Made by a program: the position numbers and the translations under genes. A stretch of DNA of 64,000 nucleotides from positions 320,001 to 384,000 of the forward strand of contig CAVTCS010000003.1 in NCBI GenBank assembly GCA_963733295.1, given 5' to 3'. Shown here piece by piece: positions 28,488 to 38,256 of this stretch. Source of the stretch: Vulcanimicrobiota bacterium (GTDB lineage: Bacteria; Vulcanimicrobiota; Vulcanimicrobiia; Vulcanimicrobiales; Vulcanimicrobiaceae). Under the pieces are notes generated by a model. That model had not been told where the DNA came from. It saw only the letters and a list, made by a program, of their open reading frames with translations, and made no database searches. Numbering within the stretch: position 1 is the first letter of the stretch; each line of letters starts with the position of its first letter.

Positions 28488-29237
28488 TTACGCGGCCCGC
28501 GCCGGATGGCACGTCGTACAGGGTACCAGGCCCCGCGCGCGCGCCTCTTTCGCGTCTTTGAATACGACGAAGTGCATCTCCGGCAGCGGGCGCGCGTCGT
28601 AGCAGAACGGGCGACAGTACGTCTCGTCGCCCTCTTCTTGCCAGACGCAGCGAGCCGGCATGCGCCGGCGCACCTCGTCCAGATCGACGCCTTCGCGTCG
28701 CAGAAGTGAGGCTTTGTTCTCGCTGCCGAACGCATACTCACCGATCGCACCGTCGCTGCGCACGACGCGGTGACACGGGATGACGAGCGGAACGGGGTTC
28801 TTCGCAAGCGCGGTTCCCACCGCCCGAACGGCGCCCGGACGACCGATCCGCTCCGCGATCCACGCGTACGGCCGAACGCGACCGGGCGGAATCGCGCGCG
28901 CGGCTTCGAGCACGTCGCGCTGAAATGGGTTGCAGGTCTGCAGATCGACTCGAACGCCTTTTCCATCACCGTCGACGGCGGCTTGCAGCGCCGGTGCCAA
29001 CTCGTCGCGGCGTTCGACGGCGCGGCCGAACCGTTCGCGATAGGAGCGCACGAATTCCGCGTCGTCCGCGGCCGGCGCGACCGAGGTGATACCGGCTTCG
29101 CTCGCGGCGACGAAGCGCGCTCCGAGCGGCGTCGCAACGAGTGCGTAACCGTCGAGCAGACCGACGCGTCGCAGGACGCCGGTGAGGAACCCCGTGGGCG
29201 CCTGAATCTCGCGCATCGCTGAGAAGTCTTTCATCAT
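28488..29237 (-). CDS. ogt: Methylated-DNA-protein-cysteine methyltransferase with C-terminal Ada-type Zn domain
   Basis: RAVGTALAKNPVPLVIPCHRVV; YCRPFC...GLVPCTTCHP. Confidence 0.9.
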   Translation of the reverse strand: MMKDFSAMREIQAPTGFLTGVLRRVGLLDGYALVATPLGARFVAASEAGITSVAPAADDAEFVRSYRERFGRAVERRDELAPALQAAVDGDGKGVRVDLQTCNPFQRDVLEAARAIPPGRVRPYAWIAERIGRPGAVRAVGTALAKNPVPLVIPCHRVVRSDGAIGEYAFGSENKASLLRREGVDLDEVRRRMPARCVWQEEGDETYCRPFCYDARPLPEMHFVVFKDAKEARARGLVPCTTCHPARAA

Positions 29238-29839
29238 GAAGTCGCTCCTTCGAGTTCTGCCGAAGCGCGCAGCAGGGCGAGGCCCCGGTGCACGTTCGCC
29301 TTGGCGGTTCCGGCCGGCTGTTCCAACAGCTCCGCAATTTCGTCGTAGCTAAAACCTTCGAGGTGCCGTAAGACGACCGGCATGCGGTAGCGCGGCGCCA
29401 GCGCCGCGAGCGCGCGCCGGACCGCGTCCGTTCTTTCGTCGCGCTCGACCAGGGCGGCTGGGCCGAGGTCCGAGTCCTGCAGCGCAATGCGTCCGTCTGC
29501 GAGCGCTTCATCGAGCGATGTCGCGGGAGCGCGCCGCGCGCGATTACGCACCTTGTTGAGCGCAATCGTGAACAGCCACGCCCGAAGTGCGAGCGCGCGG
29601 CGACGCGGCGCATCGTACGAGCGAAGCGCCCGATAGGCTGCAACGAACGTATCTTGCGCGATCTCTTCGGCTTCGCCGGCGTTGCCCACGAGCGTCAACA
29701 CGAAGCCGAAGAGACGATGTTGGTATTTTGCGACGAACTCTTCGAAGTGCCCGTCGACAGACTCCGCCAGGGCGCCTGCGATCGCGCGCTGCGTGCGCCG
29801 GTCGGCAAGCTCGTCACGGCGGCCAGTTCTCTCGGCCAC
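29234..29839 (-). CDS. ECF RNA polymerase sigma factor
   Basis: AEEIAQDTF, RAWLFTIALN, GFSYDEIAELL..P.GTAKANVHRG; ATGA-coupled to ogt. Confidence 0.9.
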   Translation of the reverse strand: MAERTGRRDELADRRTQRAIAGALAESVDGHFEEFVAKYQHRLFGFVLTLVGNAGEAEEIAQDTFVAAYRALRSYDAPRRRALALRAWLFTIALNKVRNRARRAPATSLDEALADGRIALQDSDLGPAALVERDERTDAVRRALAALAPRYRMPVVLRHLEGFSYDEIAELLEQPAGTAKANVHRGLALLRASAELEGATS

Positions 29840-29959
29840 TGGTGAGACGTCTTTCACGTTCGTCTGACCAAACAGAGTTCGAGTCGGGAGTCCGTACCGG
29901 CATGACCGCGCGGGCGGCGAGCATCGCGCAGGCAGCCACGCAAAAAGCGATTCCAAGCG

Positions 29960-30094
29960 TCACCAAAGCCTCGGACCCCAGCCCAGAAACAGATCCAGCG
30001 TCCGCACGAGGGGTCTCGTGATCCCCGACCGCTCTTCGGCAACTCCCTCGACGATGACCCGTCCGGATTCCGGACGGCGTCCATTGTTTTCCAC
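29960..30094 (-). CDS. Possible small protein (44 aa, or a longer TM protein if frameshifted near 29983)
   Basis: GAGGAG SD 8 nt before GTG30094. A hydrophobic stretch LVTLGIAFCVAACAMLAA lies in the adjacent frame. Confidence 0.35.
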   Translation of the reverse strand: MENNGRRPESGRVIVEGVAEERSGITRPLVRTLDLFLGWGPRLW

Positions 30095-30174
30095 GATTTT
30101 TTCTCCTCGGTCCAGACACGACGCCGGGACGAGAGAGAAACACCCCAGAAGCCGATTCGTTGCATTTCCAGCGC

Positions 30175-31248
30175 CTAAAGAGCGTCGGCTCGCGCCGCGG
30201 TCTTTCGCACGTTCGGCGCGACCGCGTCGTACAACGCGTGGGCGCCGAAGCGGACGACGTCGTCGACCGGAAGGCCCGTCTCGGAGCGCGCCCCTTCGAT
30301 CGCACGGCGCGCGTCGCGCTCGTCCAGCTCGCGCGTATTGAGTGCGATTCCGGCAACTTTGGCCGGTTTCACCGATGCGCATAGCTGTTCGTAAAGCCGC
30401 ACCAACTCGTGCAACGAGAGCAGCGGCACGTCGAAGCCGGCGATCGCCCGGCGCCCGGCCTCGTGGACGAGGATCAGTGCGTCGGGAGCCGATCCGTAGA
30501 GCAAACCAAGCGTGACGCCGGCATAGGCGGGATGGTTGATGCTGCCTTGCCCCTCGACGAAGAGCAGCTCACCCCCGCGCCGCGCTCCGTCGAGCACGAG
30601 CGCTTCAGCCGCCCCCGAGATGAAGTCCGCGATCACGCGGTCGACCGCGATGCCCCAGCCGGCAATCATTATGCCGGTTTGCCCGGTTGGAACGAAGAGG
30701 CTTCGCGCCCCGCGCTCGTTCGCTGCGCGCGTCAGTTCGAGCGACGCGGTCATTTTGCCCGACGCGCAGTCGCTGCCGACGGTGAGGACGACGCGCGAGC
30801 TCAGCCCGAACGCTGCTCCGCTGAACAGTTCGACCTTCGGCGGGACGCGGACGTCCCAAAGGCGCACGTTCGCGGCGCGTGCCCGGCTGGAGAACTCCGC
30901 ATCGTCGGCGAGAAGTTCGTGCAATCCACTGACGACTTCGAGGCCCGCATCGATCGCCTGCAAGATCTCGGAACGCCAGGCCGGAGGTAGCTTGCCGCCC
31001 GCGGGCGCGACGCCGATGAGCAACGACGTGGGCCCGAACTGCAGCGCTTCCGCGACGTCGCTGACGATCGGAATGTCGCGTTCGAGATGGGGGAGGACCT
31101 CGCGTACCGTCTTGCCCGCGAGGCTCGGGTCGATTACGGCGACCGTCTCGTCGGAGGAATACGCGATGACGCCGTGCGCGGTTTTCCCGGAGGCGGTCGC
31201 AAAGAGTTCGGGAGCGAGCGCGAGGTAACGACGGCGCACGGCGCTCAC
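30175..31248 (-). CDS. DUF1611 P-loop domain protein
   Basis: IGVAPAGG.LP, VSGLH, TVGSDCASGKMT, TGQTG, VEGQGS..HPAY. Confidence 0.88.
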   Translation of the reverse strand: MSAVRRRYLALAPELFATASGKTAHGVIAYSSDETVAVIDPSLAGKTVREVLPHLERDIPIVSDVAEALQFGPTSLLIGVAPAGGKLPPAWRSEILQAIDAGLEVVSGLHELLADDAEFSSRARAANVRLWDVRVPPKVELFSGAAFGLSSRVVLTVGSDCASGKMTASLELTRAANERGARSLFVPTGQTGIMIAGWGIAVDRVIADFISGAAEALVLDGARRGGELLFVEGQGSINHPAYAGVTLGLLYGSAPDALILVHEAGRRAIAGFDVPLLSLHELVRLYEQLCASVKPAKVAGIALNTRELDERDARRAIEGARSETGLPVDDVVRFGAHALYDAVAPNVRKTAARADAL

Positions 31249-31346
31249 GCCGCCGGCTCGGCAAAAAGGCTCGCGTAAACCCTCGCCATCCGAGGGGTTT
31301 TCCGCGGTGACGCAAAGGGAGGCCTCTGCGGCCTAAGGGGGTTCTT

Positions 31347-32120
31347 ATGACGATGACGAGCACGGCCACCGGCGAGGCGCCGGCGCGAGCACACATTTCG
31401 GATGAGGAGCGGCAAGTCAGGATCGACCTCGCCGCGGCGTACCGGCTGGTGGCGCACTACGGCTGGGACGACATGATTTTCACCCACCTCTCGGCGCGCG
31501 TCCCCGGCACCGAATACTTCTTGATCAACCCGTACGGTGTCGTCTTCTCGCAGATCGACGCCTCCGGTCTCGTCAAGATCGATCTGGATGGAAACGTCGT
31601 CGATCAGCCGGGAGCGATCGTGAACGCGGCGGGCTTCACCATCCATAGCGCCGTCCACGCAAGCCGCCACGATGCCGCCTGCGTGATGCACCTGCACACC
31701 GTGGCAGGGACAGCGGTCGCGACGAACCGGCGCGGGCTGCTCCCACTCAACCAAACGGCGATGCTCGTCTGCCGCGACGTCGCCTATCACGACTACGAGG
31801 GCCTCGCCTTCGACCTGGCCGAGCGTCCGCGGCTCGTCGCTGATCTCGGCGACAAGCCGCTCATGTTGCTGCGCAATCACGGCACGCTTGCGCTCGGTCC
31901 GAGCGTAGCGTCGGCGTTCCTGCAGATTTATCTTTTGGAACGGGCTTGCGCGATGCAAGTCGCGACGCTGGCCGGCGGCGCCGAACCCATCGTTCCGGGC
32001 GAAGCGGTTCAAGAGCTGGTGCAGAAGCAGGCCCACGCCGGCGGCGACTCGGTCGCGAAGCTTGCGTGGTCCGCGCTCGTCCGCATGCTCGACGCGAAAG
32101 ATACATCGTACCGGAATTGA
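31347..32120 (+). CDS. Class II aldolase/adducin family protein
   Basis: THLSARVP, FLINPYG, AGFTIHSAVH, HLHT, LRNHG. Confidence 0.92.
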   Translation: MTMTSTATGEAPARAHISDEERQVRIDLAAAYRLVAHYGWDDMIFTHLSARVPGTEYFLINPYGVVFSQIDASGLVKIDLDGNVVDQPGAIVNAAGFTIHSAVHASRHDAACVMHLHTVAGTAVATNRRGLLPLNQTAMLVCRDVAYHDYEGLAFDLAERPRLVADLGDKPLMLLRNHGTLALGPSVASAFLQIYLLERACAMQVATLAGGAEPIVPGEAVQELVQKQAHAGGDSVAKLAWSALVRMLDAKDTSYRN

Positions 32121-32176
32121 GGCAAGCGGAACTCAGCGGCTAGGCCGCCGAGCTCCGGCACCCTTGGAGCCTCCGA

Positions 32177-33178
32177 TCAGCGCGCGATGATCGAGAGCTG
32201 TTGCGCGTCGAGGTCGTACTGGCCGGCCGCGACGAGTTGGTTCGGGTTTGCGCAGATGACGCTGTTGTCCGGACCGAAGATGACGACCAATCCCGGTGGA
32301 CCGCACTGGACCTGTTGCAATTGGTAGTTCATCAACAGCGTCGCACCCGGACTGTTCGGCTGGACCTGGTACGACGTGACCGTCTGCTGCGTCGAGGAAC
32401 TTACGATCGAGCCGTACACGGCAGCGCCCACTGCGGCGCTGGTCACACCGATCGCCAGGGCACCCCAGAAGCCGCCGCCCCAATAGTTGGTCGCGGGGTA
32501 CCAAGCGACGCCATGATTCCAACCCCAACCGCCGCCGCCGTAGTAGTGGGGGTTGACGATGACCGTGCGATTCCCGTGGTATCCGTTGTAATAGCCGTTG
32601 CCGTTGCTGCCGGGCGGGCGATAGTAGTTGCCGCCGTTCCCGTTGTTGGGCGGACGATAGTTGCCGCCGTTGTTATTGCCGTTTCCGCCGTTGGGTGGGC
32701 GATAATTTCCGCCGTTCCCGCCGTTGTTTCCACCGTTGCCGCCGTTTGGCGGACGATAGTTGCCGCCGTTGTTCCCGCCATTTCCACCGTTGCCGCCGTT
32801 TGGCGGACGATAGTTGCCGCCGTTATTTCCGCCGTTGCCACCGTTACCGCCGTTTGGTGGACGATAGTTGCCGCCGTTTCCGCCGGAGGGCGGCCGATTG
32901 CCGCCACCTCCGCCGGGAGCAGGCGCTGGGCGCGTCGCAGGGCGACTGCCGGCGCTGACATCGCTGTTGAGATTAAAACCACCGCCGCTTGGCCGGGATC
33001 CGCCGCCGCTCGGTGGGCGCGCTCCGCCGCCGCCACTTGGACGAGCTCCGCCTCCGCCCGCGGGACGACCTCCGCCACCGCCTCCAGGGCGCCCGCCGCC
33101 CCCACGCTGCGCGGAAGCCGCGAGTGGTCCGCTGAGCGCGAGCGCCAGAGCGAGACCGAATGCCAGCGTTCGCTTCAT
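32177..33178 (-). CDS. Secreted Gly/Asn-rich low-complexity repeat protein with conserved Cys-containing C-domain (module copy 1, gene B)
   Basis: Start MKRTLAFGLALALALSGPLAASA (signal peptide) with GGAGG SD; ATGA overlap with the upstream gene. Confidence 0.82.
   Translation of the reverse strand: MKRTLAFGLALALALSGPLAASAQRGGGGRPGGGGGGRPAGGGGARPSGGGGARPPSGGGSRPSGGGFNLNSDVSAGSRPATRPAPAPGGGGGNRPPSGGNGGNYRPPNGGNGGNGGNNGGNYRPPNGGNGGNGGNNGGNYRPPNGGNGGNNGGNGGNYRPPNGGNGNNNGGNYRPPNNGNGGNYYRPPGSNGNGYYNGYHGNRTVIVNPHYYGGGGWGWNHGVAWYPATNYWGGGFWGALAIGVTSAAVGAAVYGSIVSSSTQQTVTSYQVQPNSPGATLLMNYQLQQVQCGPPGLVVIFGPDNSVICANPNQLVAAGQYDLDAQQLSIIAR
32611..32905 (-). repeat. Coding tandem repeat (GGN)n-YRPPN
   Basis: GGNYRPPN five times plus GGNYYRPPG and GGNRPPS; near-identical 54-bp DNA units. 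Confidence 0.9.
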
Positions 33179-33657
33179 TTCGAATGACCTCCAATCGGAC
33201 CGTCGATAACGCCGACGACCGTAATGTACGTTCCGATTTGCGTCTTCAGCGCCATGAGGATGCCGTTCGGCGGCAACTGCTGCGATGAGTGCGACATCTG
33301 CTGGCGCGAGCTCGTCAGATTCACATAGACGGTTCCATGTGCGAGATCGAGGGGTTTCGTTGCCCCGTTCTTCACAATGGAAATGTGCGAGATCAAACAT
33401 TTTTGCAGCTCGCCGGTATACGAGCAGGCCGCTTTGTCGACGATCAGTTTGTCCTCGCCGTCTGGCGACGTGATCGTGAGCGAGACCTGCTTCACGAGCG
33501 TAATCCCGACGCCCGGATACGTCCGGGTGATGCCGCTGGCTTTCACTATCGTCGTCGTGCCCTTTGCGTCGACCGGCGTGCCGGCAAGCGTCCCAGCGAA
33601 TGCCATGAGTGCGAACGCATAACTCGCTCGCGATAGATACCGAATGAACGAAGACAA
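33175..33657 (-). CDS. Secreted beta-rich hypothetical protein (module copy 1, gene A)
   Basis: Signal peptide; KAAC..GEL..C; paralog of 49625-50098. Confidence 0.8.
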   Translation of the reverse strand: MSSFIRYLSRASYAFALMAFAGTLAGTPVDAKGTTTIVKASGITRTYPGVGITLVKQVSLTITSPDGEDKLIVDKAACSYTGELQKCLISHISIVKNGATKPLDLAHGTVYVNLTSSRQQMSHSSQQLPPNGILMALKTQIGTYITVVGVIDGPIGGHSK

Positions 33658-33664
33658 GAGATAA

Positions 33665-33762
33665 ACCTCCCGGTCTGCGAGTGAGCAGCGCCGGATGACG
33701 GGCTTCTGCGCGGCATCCGGAGGGCCTGGCGAGCGGCCTCTCGCCCAACGCGAGCGGGAGGT
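33665..33762 (-). promoter_or_regulatory. Candidate structured leader (3-way junction) pairing with the RBS
   Basis: ACCTCCCG/CGGGAGGT closing stem plus inner hairpins CCGGATG/CATCCGG and GGCGAG/CTCGCC. Confidence 0.45.
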
Positions 33763-33796
33763 GGCTGCCCGAGTCGACGCCTATATAGGCTAGGCT

Positions 33797-35080
33797 TTGC
33801 AACTGGCGCGGAATCGTCGTTTCCTGGGAGCGGCGGCTTTTACCGGAGCCGCCGTCTCGTTGCTTGCGGGGTGCGGCCACAAAGACGAGACCGCAGCAAA
33901 CGTCACGGCACCCCCGCCGGTCGTCCTCGTGAGCACGCTTCGCACTCAAACCGTTCCGATCAGCGATCAATATCAGGGCACGACCGGCGCGATCGAATCC
34001 GTCGAAGTCCGCGCGCGCGTCGAAGGCATCCTGGAGAGCGCGCCTTTCAAGGAAGGGACGCTGGTCCACAAGGGCCAGCTCATCTTCCAGCTTCAAAAAG
34101 ACAAGTACCAAGCGACGTTGATGGCGGCTCAAGGTGCGCTGTTGCGAGCGAAAGCTGCTCTACTGCAGGCGGAGGACACCGTCCCCGTGCAACTCGCGCA
34201 GGCGAACCTCGCTCAGAAACAAGCGATGCTGACGCGCGCCAACATCACCGTCGCGCGCGTCGGTCCACTGGCCGCGGACAAGGCCCTGCCGCAAAAAGAC
34301 TTGGACAATGCGATCCAGAGTCAAGCTGCGGCAAAAGCCGACGTGGATGCGTCCGAGGCTCAGCTGATCAACGCGAAGGTCGACCAACAAGCGGCGATCG
34401 AGTCCGCCAAAGGACAGGTCCTCTCGTCGAAAGCCGACGTCCAGAACGCGACGCTGAATCTCAGCTACACGACGATCTATGCGCCGGTGACCGGATTGAT
34501 CGGATTCTTGAAGTACGACGTCGGCAACATCGTAGGCGGTGCCGGCAACGAAGTGCTCGATACGATGACGACGATCGATCCGATCAAAGTCAACTTCGCG
34601 GTAGACGAGAATACGTATCTCGCTCTAGCCGGCACCAAACGCGATCCGAACGTGCGCGCGCTCAAAGACCAAGCGCTGAAGCTGCTGCTCGCGAACGGTG
34701 ACGTGTACGCGCATGCGGGTTCGCTCTACACCGTGAATCCGACGCTCGATACGAAGACCGGCACGATTGCCGTCGAGGCGCGCTTCCCCAATCCGGACGG
34801 CTTGATCCGGCCGGGCCAGTTCGCGCGCGTGAGCATCGTCGTCCAGAATCGGCCGAAAGCCCTGCTCGTCCCGCAAGTCGCGATCGTTCAGGTCCAAGGC
34901 GTCAACACCGCTTACGTCGTCAATTCGCAGGACATCGTCGACTTGCGCACCGTGACGCTCGGTCCGCAATTCGGCGATAGCTTCGTCGTCAACAGCGGCC
35001 TCAATGCCGGCGATCGCGTCATCGTGCAAGGCACGCAGAAGGTGAAGCCGGGGACGAAAGTGATCGTGCAGGCCGGCTAG
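33797..35080 (+). CDS. RND efflux periplasmic adaptor subunit (lipoprotein)
   Basis: LAGC lipobox, [30 protein letters not shown]. Confidence 0.92.
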   Translation: MQLARNRRFLGAAAFTGAAVSLLAGCGHKDETAANVTAPPPVVLVSTLRTQTVPISDQYQGTTGAIESVEVRARVEGILESAPFKEGTLVHKGQLIFQLQKDKYQATLMAAQGALLRAKAALLQAEDTVPVQLAQANLAQKQAMLTRANITVARVGPLAADKALPQKDLDNAIQSQAAAKADVDASEAQLINAKVDQQAAIESAKGQVLSSKADVQNATLNLSYTTIYAPVTGLIGFLKYDVGNIVGGAGNEVLDTMTTIDPIKVNFAVDENTYLALAGTKRDPNVRALKDQALKLLLANGDVYAHAGSLYTVNPTLDTKTGTIAVEARFPNPDGLIRPGQFARVSIVVQNRPKALLVPQVAIVQVQGVNTAYVVNSQDIVDLRTVTLGPQFGDSFVVNSGLNAGDRVIVQGTQKVKPGTKVIVQAG

Positions 35081-35082
35081 GC

Positions 35083-38000
35083 ATGTCGCATTTTTTTATC
35101 CGGCGCCCCATTTTTGCGATCGTTCTCTCGATCGTAATCTCGCTCGTCGGCCTCCTTTCGATCCTCGCCTTGCCGGTCGCAATGTTTCCGCCGATCTCTC
35201 CTCCGGTCATCCAAGTTCAAGCGACGTATCTTGGAGCGAGCGCTTCGGTCATCGAGAAATCGGTCGCATCGGCCATCGAAAACCAGGTCGTCGGCGTCGA
35301 CAACATGATCTACATGCAATCGACGAGCACGTCGAACGGGCTCTATACGCTCAATTGCACGTTCAAGGTGGGCTCGAACCTCGAGCAGGCGCTGATCGAC
35401 GTTCAGAATCGCGTGCAGCAAGCCTCGGGCTTCTTGCCGTCGCAGGTCGTTACGTACGGCGTGACCGTGAAGAAGGTCTCGCCCCAGCTCCTCATGGTCG
35501 TCTCACTGTACTCGCCGGGCAACGCCTACGATTCGGTGTTTCTCAGTAACTACGCGACGATCAACTTGATCAATCCGTTGCTCTCGGTTCCGGGCATCGG
35601 CAGCAATTCGGTCATCGGACAGTTCAACTACGCGATGCGTTCTTGGGTGCGGCCGGACAAGCTCGCGAAGCTGGGGCTTCAGCCGAGCGATCTTTCAAAT
35701 GCAATTCAATCGCAGAACGTGCTCGTCCCGACCGGTTCCGTCGGACAGCCGCCGGCCTCGAGCGCAGCCCAATATCAACTCTCGGTGAACGCGCCGGGCC
35801 AACTCGAAACGACCAAGCAGTTTGCCGACATCATCGTCAAAACGAATCCGGACGGATCGGTCTTGCGTCTGGGCGACGTTTCGCGCCTCGAGCTCGGCGC
35901 GCAGCAATACGTCACGATCGGTCGCACCTCGGGACTCCCCTCGACGGTGATCCTCCTCTATCAGACGCCCGACGCGAACGCCCTTGGGACGGCGAAAGCC
36001 GTCCGTGCGACGATGGAACAACTGAAAACGCAGTTCCCGCCCGGTCTCGACTATTCGGTTCCGTACGACAGCACGCTCTTCGTGAGCAGCTCGATACACG
36101 ACGTCATCCAGACGCTCGTCGAAGCGATCGTCCTCGTCATTCTCGTCGTGCTGGTGTTCCTCGGAAGCTTCCGAACCGCGTTCATCCCGATGCTCGCCGT
36201 CCCGGTATCGCTGCTGGGAACGTTCGCGGCGTTCGTAGCCCTTGGGTTCAGCATCAACACGCTCACGCTGTTCGGCCTCGTGCTCGCGATCGGCCTGGTG
36301 GTCGACGACGCGATCGTGGTGGTCGAGGCGGTCGAGAAGCACGTCGAGGACGGACTCGAGGTGGAAGCGGCGACGGAGAAAGCGATGCGGGAACTGCAAG
36401 GTCCGGTCATCGGCGTCGCGCTCGTGCTGGTTTCGGTGTTCTTGCCGGCGGCTTTCATTAGCGGCATTACCGGCCAACTGTACCGGCAATTCGCGCTCAC
36501 GCTCTCCGTGTCGGTCAGTATTTCGGCGTTCGTGGCCCTGACGTTGACGCCGGCGCTGTGCACGTTGATCCTACGGCCGGGGCGCAAACGGTTATGGGGA
36601 CCCTTCGGTTGGTTCATCGAGCGCTTCAACGCGTTCTTCGCACAAACGACGCGCGGCTACATGTCGATCCTGGTTTGGCTCTTGCGCCGAACGGCGGTGG
36701 TCCTCGGGATTCTCGCGCTCTTCTACGTTGCCGACGGGTACTTCGGAATGACTATTCCCGGCGGCTTCGTGCCGATCGAGGATCAGGGGGTCGCGTTCCT
36801 TCAGATTCAACTCCCCTACGGCACCTCGCTCAATCGGAACGACGCTCTAACGAAGCAAATGGAGCGGGAAGTGCTGAAGATGCCCGGCGTCAAGGACGTC
36901 GTCACGCTCGCCGGCTTCAGCATACTCAGCACCGTCAGTACGTCCGACACGTCGAGCCTCATCGTGACGCTCATACCGTGGGACGAGCGCAAGAGCAAAG
37001 AGCTGAGCTTGCGCTCGATCGTGACCAACCTCTACGCTAAATTGAACAAGTACCCCGAAGCTCAGATATTCCCGTTCGTGCCGCCCACGATACCCGGGCT
37101 CGGCAACTCGTCCGGTTTCAACTTCGAACTTCAGGATCTCTCGGGTCACAGCATCGGCGACCTGGCAAAAGTCGCCGACGCGGTCATGCTTGCCGCTTCG
37201 AAGCGTCCGGAGTTGGCTCAGCTCAAGAGCACGATGCGTCCGTACGTTCCTCAAATCGCGATGAACATCGATCGTAACAAGGTCAAGGCGCTCGGTTTGA
37301 ACGTGAGCGACGTGTTCCAGAACCTGCAGGCCTACTTGGGCGGGTTCACCGTGAATCAGTTCACGCTCTTCAATCGCACGTGGAACGTGATGATTCAAGC
37401 CGAACCGAACTACCGCGTCGATCAGAACAGCTTGAACGCGCTCTACGTGCGGAACGACAACAACCAGATGGTTCCGATTTCGACCGTCGCAACGTGGCAT
37501 CGCGCTTCCGGCGCCGACGTGATCCAGCGCTTCAATACGAATCGGGAGGTCGAAATCTTCGGTCAGAACGCTCCCGGATACAGCAGCGCACAAGCCTTGG
37601 CCGCCATGACCGCCGTTGCAAAGGAGACGCTGCCCCCGGGCTATGGCTTCGGATGGGCCGGGACCGCCTACCAGCAAATCAGCGTGGGCAATACCCAGAG
37701 CCTGATTTTCGTGCTCTCGTTGATCCTGGTCTTTCTGTTCCTCGCGGCGCAATACGAAAGCTGGTTGACGCCCCTCGGCGTGATCGCCGGCGTGCCGATC
37801 GGAATCTTCGGCGCCTTTCTTTCGGTCGTATTGTGGCGGCTCGACAACAACGTTTACGTTCAAATAGGCTTGATCATGCTGATCGGGCTTGCGGCGAAGA
37901 ACGCGATTCTGATCGTCGAATTCGCGCGCGAGCAGCGAGCCGAAGGTCAGCCGATTCTCGAGGCGGCGCGCCTCGGTGCCCAGCTGCGCTTTCGCCCCAT

Positions 38001-38256
38001 CCTGATGACCTCGTTCGCGTTCATCATCGGCGTCATACCGTTGATGCTCGCCTCCGGCGCGGGTGCCGCGTCGCGGCACTCGCTGGGATCCACGGTGTTC
38101 GGGGGAATGCTTGCAGCCACGTGCATCGGAGTATTCTTCATCCCGACGCTCTACGAAGTGATGCAGCATCTCATCGAACGGGGCGCGAAGGGGAAGGCGG
38201 GTAACGCGGAGGCCGCCACGGCGCAAACGGTTGCTCCGCGCGAAGGCCCCGCGTGA
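35083..38256 (+). CDS. RND efflux permease (HAE1 family)
   Basis: [42 protein letters not shown]; 1057 aa. Confidence 0.95.
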   Translation: MSHFFIRRPIFAIVLSIVISLVGLLSILALPVAMFPPISPPVIQVQATYLGASASVIEKSVASAIENQVVGVDNMIYMQSTSTSNGLYTLNCTFKVGSNLEQALIDVQNRVQQASGFLPSQVVTYGVTVKKVSPQLLMVVSLYSPGNAYDSVFLSNYATINLINPLLSVPGIGSNSVIGQFNYAMRSWVRPDKLAKLGLQPSDLSNAIQSQNVLVPTGSVGQPPASSAAQYQLSVNAPGQLETTKQFADIIVKTNPDGSVLRLGDVSRLELGAQQYVTIGRTSGLPSTVILLYQTPDANALGTAKAVRATMEQLKTQFPPGLDYSVPYDSTLFVSSSIHDVIQTLVEAIVLVILVVLVFLGSFRTAFIPMLAVPVSLLGTFAAFVALGFSINTLTLFGLVLAIGLVVDDAIVVVEAVEKHVEDGLEVEAATEKAMRELQGPVIGVALVLVSVFLPAAFISGITGQLYRQFALTLSVSVSISAFVALTLTPALCTLILRPGRKRLWGPFGWFIERFNAFFAQTTRGYMSILVWLLRRTAVVLGILALFYVADGYFGMTIPGGFVPIEDQGVAFLQIQLPYGTSLNRNDALTKQMEREVLKMPGVKDVVTLAGFSILSTVSTSDTSSLIVTLIPWDERKSKELSLRSIVTNLYAKLNKYPEAQIFPFVPPTIPGLGNSSGFNFELQDLSGHSIGDLAKVADAVMLAASKRPELAQLKSTMRPYVPQIAMNIDRNKVKALGLNVSDVFQNLQAYLGGFTVNQFTLFNRTWNVMIQAEPNYRVDQNSLNALYVRNDNNQMVPISTVATWHRASGADVIQRFNTNREVEIFGQNAPGYSSAQALAAMTAVAKETLPPGYGFGWAGTAYQQISVGNTQSLIFVLSLILVFLFLAAQYESWLTPLGVIAGVPIGIFGAFLSVVLWRLDNNVYVQIGLIMLIGLAAKNAILIVEFAREQRAEGQPILEAARLGAQLRFRPILMTSFAFIIGVIPLMLASGAGAASRHSLGSTVFGGMLAATCIGVFFIPTLYEVMQHLIERGAKGKAGNAEAATAQTVAPREGPA

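Noticed and set aside
31258..31355. c-di-GMP-I riboswitch-like fragments (GGCAAA...GACGCAAAG...GGCCTAAG...TATGA) before the aldolase
   Set aside because: No GNRA tetraloop in the first hairpin, spacing too long, 3' closing strand absent, and TATGA is simply the start codon context.
32611..32905. CRISPR-like repeat array
   Set aside because: The repeats are in-frame coding units with repetitive rather than unique spacers; no cas genes.
32177..34132. 651-aa ORF as called in the track
   Set aside because: The upstream half overlaps gene A in another frame and the RND adaptor on the opposite strand. The SD, signal peptide and ATGA coupling support a start at 33178.
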